DNA from: a virus
Taxonomy: Duplodnaviria > Caudoviricetes
IMG/VR virus record: IMGVR_UViG_3300028629_000022
Span: 1-39,258 of that record
Strand: one strand, 5' to 3'
Length of the DNA stretch: 39,258 nt
The notes beneath the pieces were generated by a model that had not been told where the DNA came from, searched no databases, and saw only the letters and a program-made list of their open reading frames with translations. This document shows, one piece after another, positions 16,527 through 25,400 of this stretch (its first letter is position 1; every line of letters begins with the position of its first letter). A program made the translations under genes and the position numbers.

Positions 16527-19375
16527 TGAAACGAATCGCATTTCTTTTTATGTTTCTTCCGTGCGCTGTGTACTCGCAAACGGCAACGCCGACCTATACG
16601 GCTATTCCAACCCCGATGAAATACGCGGTATATCCGTGTGTGTCGTGTACTCCGGCACCGGGGCCGCAGTATCTTTCAAAAAAAGGTAATTTTGACGGTT
16701 TGAATGTGCATGGACCCGCTAACATTGTGGGGAACCTGGCATTACAGACTGTTGTTGTCGATACCGGACAACCCGTATCTAATTTGATTCGAGCTGACGC
16801 TTTTACCGGAACGGATGGGACGTTGTTGTTCTGGCGTGGCGTCCTCAATAATTCCTGCAAGCTGGTTAATTCGGAGCAGGACTATGGACTGGAACTGATT
16901 GCCGACGGCTTCAATCTCGGAAGCGGCTCCCATGTCATTTATGGAAACGACACAGTCGGCTTGTTCGCTTCGTCGACACTCGGGTGGACTTTCGATATAA
17001 ACGATGGCGTGACGTATGACGTCTACAAGGTGAACAGCCACGAGTACATGGCGAACCAAGTCGTGCTGTCTGGCACAGGCGGAGGCGCGACGCCGACGCA
17101 AATCGTGGAGCGTTGTCAGGCCCTCCCAACGGCGACCTGGGACTATCGAGGCCGCGCAGGGTTTGATTCGACGAACGAGCGGACTCTGCTTCTCGATTAC
17201 GAGAACGGGGATGTTCGGTTCTACAAAGGGACCGCAAGGGGAGTCCCGACTCCGCAGACCCCGACCGATGCCGCGAATAAGGAATACGTTGATGCAGTAC
17301 CGACGTATGCGGCAACCGCTTATGTCAAGAAGGCCGGCGACAGTATGTCCGGACCCCTGACTGCATCCGGGGGGGTCCTGTCGAACTCCTATCAAAGCGC
17401 CGACGGGTACAACGTTGCCGACTTTTCACCTGGGTTCCTACTTATCGGATCGACAGCAGATGGAAAGCGGACCTTTATATCCGGAAGCCACCCAACCACC
17501 ACAACGGCCGGAATCGCCATCATAAGCACGAACCCGATGGACGTTGACGTGGATGGCGGTACGAATTTCATCACGCGGCAAGGCGAGTACAACGGCTACG
17601 TCGCTTGGCGGTCGATCATCGACAACGAGGGAACGCCCGTCACGATGGGCGTGTTGCGGAACGTGGAGGAAACGGAGGGGGACTTTATCGGGTTGCAGAT
17701 GTACGAGGGGGCCGGTGTTTCGGTCACGGGCGGGGGCGACGTCCAGGTGGACGACGTGTCGCTGGTGGCCCTGGCGACGAGATCGTACCTTGAGCCGACG
17801 GCAACCCACACCTTCACCGTCACACCGACTTTCACCGTGACAGCGACCCCTAATGTGGCGACCCCCTCCGTGGTATCGAAGCAGAAATTGAGTTCGGCGG
17901 CTTATACATGGGATGAGATTAGAACGTATGCGAATAGTGGTGTAACGTGTACGGTTTTCATGGACCCCGCAGGTTCGGGAGTTTCGGTTGTGTCGGGAAA
18001 GGTACACGCTGTCACTTGTGGAGGTTCGGCGGGCCTTACCTTCATTCAGGCCACAGACGGAAACCGACCTCTTACGGCTACGGGGCCGGGGGGGTATATG
18101 TGTTTGCGGAACGGGGCGGGGGTGACGCAATTTTTGAGTAGTGGAGCGGCTAGTATTTCGTCTGTTTTTTCACAAACAGAAAACACGATGTTTTTTGTTT
18201 TTAAGGAAAACACCACAAAATCTATTAACTCTGGGCTTTTGGCGTGTGATAATACAGACGGAACAAACGTAGTTCAAATAATTGCAGACGACGCGGCCGG
18301 AAATATATATTACTGCTACGGAGATAATAACGGTGCTACCGGTAGGATTAGCAAAGCATACGCACTTTCAAGAGGAAACTATATCGTCACGTCATATTGC
18401 CGAAACACTAGCAACGTAATGGGGATTTATAATAATGGAGTTTCAATCTATTCTAGCATCGTTCTTGATACCGATGGTTTTACTTACTCTAGCGGTGACA
18501 CGCGGGGTATAACCATCATGGCATCCAAGTATGGCGCTCCAAGATATTTAAACGGCGACCTCTGCGCCCTCATCATCCTCAACGGCTACCTCGACCCAAC
18601 GGGCGCGGAATATATCAAAATCTACAATGGAATCGCGCAACGTTTCAACTTGCCAACCTACCCCTCAACCTCCAACGTGATACAGGAGTGGGTCAATTCA
18701 ATTGGGACATGGGTTGCGAAGGTCACGGATACGGGGAAACTGTGGCTAAAAGGTGGGGCTGATATTATTGGGGCGGTCATTATCCGTTCCATCAATGACG
18801 CCGACAATGTGCTTACCATCATCGGAACATCATTACAGACGGGAGACTTGTTGCGCTTACAGGGTAGGGGGGGCGGTGTAACCGTTGCATATAATGGAGG
18901 CGTCACCGGAACCACAGCGGGGTTTAGTGGGGCTTTGAATTCTGCGAGTGTTTCAACAACAGCCGTAACAGTTTATAGAACCAATGAGGTTGATAGATTA
19001 TTTTTACAGAACATAGACAACGCCGGATATATGGGTATTTCTGACCAGAGATTAAAAGTTTACAGGTTTAATGGTAGCGGAGGGATATTTACAGTAGAGA
19101 CCGGAATTATTTCGGGTTCGTTCTCTGGTTCCGGTGGAGATATAGTTATCAAGCCGAGGGCCACAGAAGTTGCTAGGTTTTCTGGAGGAGGAACGACTCC
19201 ACTTGGATTAAATCTTTCTGCTCCTCTCACCGGAACAACGGCGGGGTTGTCGGGAAACCTTACCATCGGTTCGGCTGGAAACATTGTCCCGCTTTGCACC
19301 CCCACGCTTGTCGTCCCTGCGGCGGGTATTACCATGCAGTTCAAATGCGGCGTCTGTACGGGAGTGAATCCATGA
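16526..19375 (+). CDS. tail fibre / receptor-binding protein with N-terminal signal peptide and LamG-like domain
   Basis: GGGGAG SD; MKRIAFLFMFLPCAVYS signal-like start; fibre motifs PTDAANKEYVD and YVKKAGDSMSGPL; ConA/LamG-like segment (QATDGNRP...GDLCALIILNG). Confidence 0.75.
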   Translation: MKRIAFLFMFLPCAVYSQTATPTYTAIPTPMKYAVYPCVSCTPAPGPQYLSKKGNFDGLNVHGPANIVGNLALQTVVVDTGQPVSNLIRADAFTGTDGTLLFWRGVLNNSCKLVNSEQDYGLELIADGFNLGSGSHVIYGNDTVGLFASSTLGWTFDINDGVTYDVYKVNSHEYMANQVVLSGTGGGATPTQIVERCQALPTATWDYRGRAGFDSTNERTLLLDYENGDVRFYKGTARGVPTPQTPTDAANKEYVDAVPTYAATAYVKKAGDSMSGPLTASGGVLSNSYQSADGYNVADFSPGFLLIGSTADGKRTFISGSHPTTTTAGIAIISTNPMDVDVDGGTNFITRQGEYNGYVAWRSIIDNEGTPVTMGVLRNVEETEGDFIGLQMYEGAGVSVTGGGDVQVDDVSLVALATRSYLEPTATHTFTVTPTFTVTATPNVATPSVVSKQKLSSAAYTWDEIRTYANSGVTCTVFMDPAGSGVSVVSGKVHAVTCGGSAGLTFIQATDGNRPLTATGPGGYMCLRNGAGVTQFLSSGAASISSVFSQTENTMFFVFKENTTKSINSGLLACDNTDGTNVVQIIADDAAGNIYYCYGDNNGATGRISKAYALSRGNYIVTSYCRNTSNVMGIYNNGVSIYSSIVLDTDGFTYSSGDTRGITIMASKYGAPRYLNGDLCALIILNGYLDPTGAEYIKIYNGIAQRFNLPTYPSTSNVIQEWVNSIGTWVAKVTDTGKLWLKGGADIIGAVIIRSINDADNVLTIIGTSLQTGDLLRLQGRGGGVTVAYNGGVTGTTAGFSGALNSASVSTTAVTVYRTNEVDRLFLQNIDNAGYMGISDQRLKVYRFNGSGGIFTVETGIISGSFSGSGGDIVIKPRATEVARFSGGGTTPLGLNLSAPLTGTTAGLSGNLTIGSAGNIVPLCTPTLVVPAAGITMQFKCGVCTGVNP

Positions 19376-19570
19376 GTCGCTACACGAAGGCCAGATTGCC
19401 GACGAAGGATACTCCAATAGGTTCAGGCGTCTAGAAAACAGGAAGGACGAACGTCAAATAGCTTTCGGATCGGCCATAGCAGTAGTAGAGCAGTTGCTCA
19501 TCAAGTGGCATCCCCCTGTTGAGATTGACCTCGGGCTTGCCCCTAAAATACAGGTAACGTGGAGGTTGTG

Positions 19571-19762
19571 ATGGAAAAGGGAAATAGGAAGGTGTACGAG
19601 TCCTTGCAGGTGGCGATCTTCATGCTGTTGGGGTTCGCTATCGCGGCTTACTTCAAGGTGAGCGCGGATCTGTTCGGGATGTACGTCCTGGGGCTGTTCG
19701 GAAAGACGGTCGGCTTCATGTGGTCGAACGCCAAGGAACACGAAGCCGAAGTGAAGAAGTAA
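19571..19762 (+). CDS. putative holin (63 aa, two TM segments)
   Basis: GGAGG SD; two hydrophobic helices and a charged C-terminus. Confidence 0.6.
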   Translation: MEKGNRKVYESLQVAIFMLLGFAIAAYFKVSADLFGMYVLGLFGKTVGFMWSNAKEHEAEVKK

Positions 19763-19766
19763 AGCC

Positions 19767-19889
19767 GTGCCTTTCAGGAGCGAAAAGCAAAGGCGTTTCC
19801 TGTTCCGCGCCCATCCGGAAGTTGCGATCCGATGGGCGCGGAAATACGGAAAGTCGGTCGTGAAAAGGAAACGGGCTAATAGGAAATAA
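19767..19889 (+). CDS. small basic protein MPFRSEKQRRFLFRAHPEVAIRWARKYG... (40 aa), absent from the ORF track
   Basis: Translated by hand from GTG 19767; resembles the MPFKSEKQRR-type small proteins common in uncultured phage structural modules. Confidence 0.7.
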   Translation: MPFRSEKQRRFLFRAHPEVAIRWARKYGKSVVKRKRANRK

Positions 19890-19898
19890 TGCTATACT
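19890..19898 (+). promoter_or_regulatory. extended -10 promoter upstream of the internal virion genes
   Basis: TG-C-TATACT, followed by AAGGAAGG SD and GTG 19920. Confidence 0.45.
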
Positions 19899-19919
19899 AC
19901 TTGGCAAGGAAGGTGCGTC

Positions 19920-21029
19920 GTGGCTGAAACTGCGGAATTACTAAACTACGCCGATCCGAACGAGTTGAACCCACTTTACAGTTTGGGTTCTGACTACGGC
20001 GTGTTGCAAGCGCAAACGCGGTTCGACGATTTGAGCGCCCTCCTTGCCGACGTTCAAGCCAATCCGGGCAATTACCCCGACCCCGAATACCTGACCAGAG
20101 AATTGAACAACGCGATTCGCGCACAGCAGGAAGCCCTGAATTACGCGCAAGCGCAAACGCAGTATCAGACGATGAAGGACCAAATTGGGACAACGGATGA
20201 TACTTGGTTTGCGGCAAATGCCGCGAATGATTGGTTTCGACAATATGGGGTGAACGCAAATTGGGTGTCAGCCGACCAGATTACAAGTGCTATGGTTTTG
20301 GGAGGCCAGTATTACTCGCCTCAATCTTTAAGGGCAATTTGGAACTCTGTAAAAGACTCGACGTATCAAGCGCGGTTAAACCAAAGGGGGCAGTTGTCAG
20401 GGTTGCAAACCGCGGCGGATCAGCAACGCGCAAAGATGATCGAGAATTACTACATCGTCCGTCCCGATGTAACGGGGCAGGGCGATATCATGCGGAATTA
20501 CTACTACGGGACGCAGTACAACCCGGATACGGGGCAGGGAACGCTTGGGGGACAGGTCGGGCAAGCATTGAACACGGCGGCACGGAGCATCTATGCGGAA
20601 CGCGACAGAGCGGTAAAGTGGGCTGGTAGTCAGTTGTCGCAGACGGGACAGTTGGATAGCGGGGCGGCAAAGAAGGTACAGCAGGGGATCAATACGAGGG
20701 TTCTTTCCGGTCTTTCAGGAGTTGCAAGCCGCGCCGATACTGAAGCGCAGGGGCGCCTCGCTGACTGGAAAACAACGTCGGAGGATTTGTTAAGCAGGAT
20801 TACGGACACGGAGAACGCGACGCGACTTGCGGCCCTTGAGGGCAATTACGGAGACAGTCTTTCGTCGTATCTGTCAACAGCCCAAAACGCCGCAAACAAA
20901 ACGGTCGGTGATATTTACGACCAGGCACAGCAAAAAATCAAGGAGAACCAATCTTCCGTGTGGGGCGATATTGGTTCGTTCCTTGGGAACGTTGGAAGCA
21001 TAGCGGCTAGAACCGTTTACAGTAAGTGA
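19920..21029 (+). CDS. putative internal virion (ejection) protein
   Basis: Gln/Ala/Asn-rich helical sequence, C-terminal WGDIGSFLGNVGSIAA amphipathic motif, position. Confidence 0.6.
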   Translation: MAETAELLNYADPNELNPLYSLGSDYGVLQAQTRFDDLSALLADVQANPGNYPDPEYLTRELNNAIRAQQEALNYAQAQTQYQTMKDQIGTTDDTWFAANAANDWFRQYGVNANWVSADQITSAMVLGGQYYSPQSLRAIWNSVKDSTYQARLNQRGQLSGLQTAADQQRAKMIENYYIVRPDVTGQGDIMRNYYYGTQYNPDTGQGTLGGQVGQALNTAARSIYAERDRAVKWAGSQLSQTGQLDSGAAKKVQQGINTRVLSGLSGVASRADTEAQGRLADWKTTSEDLLSRITDTENATRLAALEGNYGDSLSSYLSTAQNAANKTVGDIYDQAQQKIKENQSSVWGDIGSFLGNVGSIAARTVYSK

Positions 21030-21039
21030 GGGTAAAGGC

Positions 21040-21615
21040 ATGGCGACATACCAAGACTTGAGTGCGGAAGCCCAAAGACGCAGTATGTTTTGGCGCGACC
21101 TCTATGCGCGGTACAACCCGGACTTTGCGCTACGGCAAGGGATCAATATGCCGGAAATGACGCAATCTACCGGCGCGATCAACAGCCTGCTTGGAAAAAC
21201 GGCAGGGAAACTGCAAGCGAGCGGCGGGACGGGTTCGCAGTACAGGGTGGCCGAGGCGAACCTAGAACGGATGGAGGGCGCCCGGGCGGCGCAGGCCGCG
21301 GCGGAACACCAAAGCGGCATGAACGCTTTCTTGCGAAACGCGCAATCCGGAATCAAAAAAGTTGGGCGCGATTTCAACAAAACGCTTGGAATCGGTGCAG
21401 CCGAAACAAAGGCCGGGGAAAGACTTGGCGATATTTCCATGAGAGTAAAGGATGCAAGGGAACGAGCGCAACGAGCCGTTGACGATTCGGAACAAAGCGG
21501 TTTCGAGGCGTTCCTTCGCGGGATCGGCGGTAGCGCAGGGGACGTTGCCGGGTACTACCTGGGGAAAAAGTTGTACAAAAACCCTTACGAGAAGGACGAG
21601 AAGGACGAGGAATAA
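21040..21615 (+). CDS. putative internal virion (ejection) protein
   Basis: Ala/Gly-rich helical sequence, C-terminal Gly-rich hydrophobic patch, position. Confidence 0.55.
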   Translation: MATYQDLSAEAQRRSMFWRDLYARYNPDFALRQGINMPEMTQSTGAINSLLGKTAGKLQASGGTGSQYRVAEANLERMEGARAAQAAAEHQSGMNAFLRNAQSGIKKVGRDFNKTLGIGAAETKAGERLGDISMRVKDARERAQRAVDDSEQSGFEAFLRGIGGSAGDVAGYYLGKKLYKNPYEKDEKDEE

Positions 21616-21630
21616 ACAGGAGGTGGCGAA

Positions 21631-22404
21631 ATGGCTTCACCGTGGGCGGCTATGGGGGCAAGTTTTGCAAACCGGGCTTCGCAAGGAGTTTTGGGTGCGG
21701 CCCAACAGCGTGACTCCGCGCAGTTGCAGATGGCGCGGGACAAGTCGGCGCAAGACGCCGCGGCGTCAATCGAGCGGCAAAAAATGTACCGTGAAATGCA
21801 GAACAAGGCGTATGCGGAATGGGGCGCAATCGTGGATAAGCACGTTGACCCGAACGCGAAGCCGGAAGAACAGGCGGCGCGGTATCAAAACGCCGTGGCG
21901 CTTTTCAAGAGGGCGTTCCCGCAATACTACAATATCATCGGGCCAGAAATCGAACAGGCTGGGCAAGGGGCAATGGTCGATGCTCGTTCCAAGATGGAAG
22001 CGAACATGAAACGGGGGATGAATGGTCCGGAAGGGTTCCGGGGGCTTGGGGTTACGCTGGCCGGACCCGTCGCAAGAACCGCCCTGGGCGCGGCAAGCGC
22101 GGTGCCGTCGCCACTACAACCTGCGGCGCAGTTTATGGGTGGTTTGGCCGGAATGAAGAAAATGAGCGAAGGACCATTATCCGATGTGTCTAATGAGTTC
22201 TCTTTGCGGCCAAATCCGATGCAACCCGGACGCGAAATGAACCCTGATGTAATGGGGCCGAGGTCGAAGTCCCGTTTGGGTATCGAACCGCCACCGGCCA
22301 TGTTCCAATCCGCGCCTCCCGGCATGACGCAACCTATTCAGCCGGTGGACCCGTATTATCTGCCGAAGCGAGACAGGACGAAGCCGATCATTCGGAGGCG
22401 GTAA
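21631..22404 (+). CDS. putative internal virion protein
   Basis: AGGAGG SD; Ala/Gln-rich N-terminus and Pro-rich C-terminus. Confidence 0.55.
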   Translation: MASPWAAMGASFANRASQGVLGAAQQRDSAQLQMARDKSAQDAAASIERQKMYREMQNKAYAEWGAIVDKHVDPNAKPEEQAARYQNAVALFKRAFPQYYNIIGPEIEQAGQGAMVDARSKMEANMKRGMNGPEGFRGLGVTLAGPVARTALGAASAVPSPLQPAAQFMGGLAGMKKMSEGPLSDVSNEFSLRPNPMQPGREMNPDVMGPRSKSRLGIEPPPAMFQSAPPGMTQPIQPVDPYYLPKRDRTKPIIRRR

Positions 22405-25400
22405 TTGGCGCGTGAAACAAGAGTACGCCGCAGGAGCGCAAGGGGGAAAACGGCGAAACAAACCCCCACGTTCGGTCAACGCGCAATGGGCGCATTGGAA
22501 GCGTTCGGGGAGGGGTTGAATCGCGTTGTCCTGTACCCCGAAACGGCGGCGGTTCGGGCGGCGCAGGAGTCGCGCCCGGTCCTTCCTGCGATCAAGGCGG
22601 GATTTAAGGGAGAGGACAGGGAAGCGTGGGGCGGCGTTCTTCGGAATGTAGGCGTTGAAAACAAGCCGCTTGAAATGGGCCTTAATATCCTGGCAACACC
22701 CGATATCTTGGTAAACCCGTTCGGAAAAACAGCAAAAGGCATCCAGCTTGCGAAAGCGGCGAAGTTGTCCAAGGGCCTTGGCGCACAAGCCAAGGCCGGT
22801 GAACGCGCCCTTTTGACCTTCCACGTTCCGGGGCACGGCCCCGTTCCTCTTACCCCGAAGTTCATTAACGAGCCGGTGTTGGGTGCGCTTGGCAAGGTGG
22901 GTGGGGCCATCAAGGGGTCGAAGTTGGGCAAGGAGTTTCGCAGGGCGTTTTCGGATACGACGGGAATCCCGAAAATGGACGAATACAAGCGGAGGATGGA
23001 TAACATCGTCCGTGAAAGCGTCGTAAATCAGACGGACGCCCGTATCAAGATGGACAAGATGGTGGACGAAATCGCCAAGAAGCGCGGATGGACGTTTGAA
23101 CAGACACAAGGACAAATGCGGAAGTTGCTGGACTACATTGAGGCCGAACAATCTTCGGCATCCCAAGCGTGGAAAACGAGCCGTGAACGGAAGGCGTTGC
23201 TGAAACTGCAAGCCAGGTTGCCGAAGGTGGAGGAAAAGGCGAAGGCGAGTTTCGAGGCCGTTCAGAAAAGCGGGTATCCTTCGACGGTGTACAAGTCGAA
23301 GTATGCGGCGAAGGAGGCGAAGCAGAAACTTACCCAAGCGGAATACAAGTTGTATCAGGGGAAGAAGAAGTTTGCCGGGATTGCGGCGAAAGGGAAGTTG
23401 TCGGTTTCGAGGGCATCGAAGGAGGCCGTTAAGAATATACGCGAAGCCAGGAACGAAGCGTGGGAGTCAACGATACATGGCGGCGTGAAGCCGGGAACGA
23501 AACTGTATGTTGATCTGGACGCTATTGCGCGTCGGTCCAGTCGTAGACAAGCCGTCCGTTTGCTTAAGGACTTGAAGGAGGCCGGATACCGCACCACGAC
23601 CAAAAGGGGCGAGGGCCTTACGCCGCAAGAGTATGTACGGGCGTTTGATCTTGAACACGTTCGGGCAAATCCGCACCTTCCGTACCCGCAATATTTGAAA
23701 AGAATGGCCGAAGATGCGAAGTTTACAAGTGCTGATGCCGAATACGATGATATGTTGGAAATGGCGCGGGAAAACCCGTATCACCGCAAGTCCGAGTATA
23801 TGTTGAACGCGAATGTTGCGAAGGCCGAGGAACATGAGGACTTGTTGCGATTCTTGGAGGGAGGAGAAGGCGGCTGGATGAAGTACGGGTTCAAGGTGGA
23901 ACCGGACGTGACGGAAAGGGCGCGGATCGGGTCGTTGTTGAAAAAAGAGGACGAGTTGAAGGTTGCGCTGACGAAAGAAACTGATCCGGCAAAAGCGGAG
24001 GCGCTATCCCTTGAGTTGAAAAACCTTCAAGCCGAAAAGCGAAGCGTCGGGGAGGCCGCAACCATCCGGGCCTCTGACGATACCCGCAAGCAGATCACGG
24101 AGCAATTCAACGTCTTGAAGGGCCAACACGACGAGTTGGAAACGCAGTTGGCGAAGATGTACAAGGAGGGCGTGAACAGGGACGAAATCCACGCCTTGCA
24201 GAATCAGTTGGCCGACCTGAAAATAAAGATGGCAGACGTTGACACGCAAAGCGACGTGTTCCGGGCGGCGCAAGCGTTGAACCGGCTTGAAGCGGATATT
24301 TCCAAAATGCGCTTTGAGGCGTCGAAGGCGTCCAGGTTGTATGAGGATGCGCTTTCTACCGCCCAAGTCGAAAAGGGACAGACGTTCGCGGAGTCGGTTG
24401 CGGAGACAAAGAAGCGGTACGGACTGTTGAAAAAGGATTTGGAAAAGACAAGGGGAACGATTGCTCGGTTGGAAGCAAACGCGAGGTCTGGAAAGGGCGT
24501 GGACTACGGATATTTGAACGTTATGCGCGGACAGGCCGAACACTTGCAGACGGAAATCAACCGCATTGTCGGAGGCGGGGTCGGGAAGTACATCAAGGAG
24601 TCGGAGAAAATCGACAACCTTGTTGGGCGCATCAAGGCCAAGTCGGAGAAATACGACGAGGCCGTGAACGCTTTCAGGGCCGAAGCCAAGAAGGGCATGG
24701 ATGAGGAAATCGAGGGCATTGCGAAAGAGATACAGGCCGATATGGCCCGGATTGCCAAGGAGGGCACGGAGCGCCAATGGTTTGAGGCCATTGAAGGGTA
24801 TATGTACCACTACAAGGCCGAGGAATTATCGGAATGGTTGAAGGGAATACCAAAAGAGCGGTCCTTGAAGGCGCTTTCTCTTTGGGACCGGACCCGGATG
24901 CACCGCATATTCCAGGGCAAGACCATCAACGAGTGGAACAATATCGCGCGTAGCGGAGAAATCGGGAAGTATATGCCCGAATTGGATGGTTTTGTCGGGC
25001 GTATGTTCGACGACGACGCGGCGGTGTTGCTGGCTTTGAGGCGTCATGCTCACGAACGCTTGAAGGCGACGGACGACTTTTGGAAGGCCACGCGGGACAA
25101 CCTGGGGATCAATTCAGCAGAGTTTGAGGCCGCGAAAAAAAAGGGAACGATAGACGCAGGACTATACGAGGGGGTAAAGCATGAGGCGTTCAAGGACGCG
25201 AAAAACCCGTCCGGGGTCGTGTGGTTCGAGAAGGAAACCGCGAAGGCCATTGCCGATATGCGGAAGGTTCTCGAAATGCCGGAGAATGTTTCGCAGTTTG
25301 AAACGCTTCTTCAACGGGTCAATTCGATCTATAAGGCATATACCCTGTCTCTATACCCGGCTTACCATGCCCGAAATGTGGTAGGGAACGTCCTGAACAA

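Noticed and set aside
16526-19375. Diversity-generating retroelement or invertible fibre cassette
   Set aside because: I saw no reverse transcriptase, no invertase and no template/variable repeat pair in the window.
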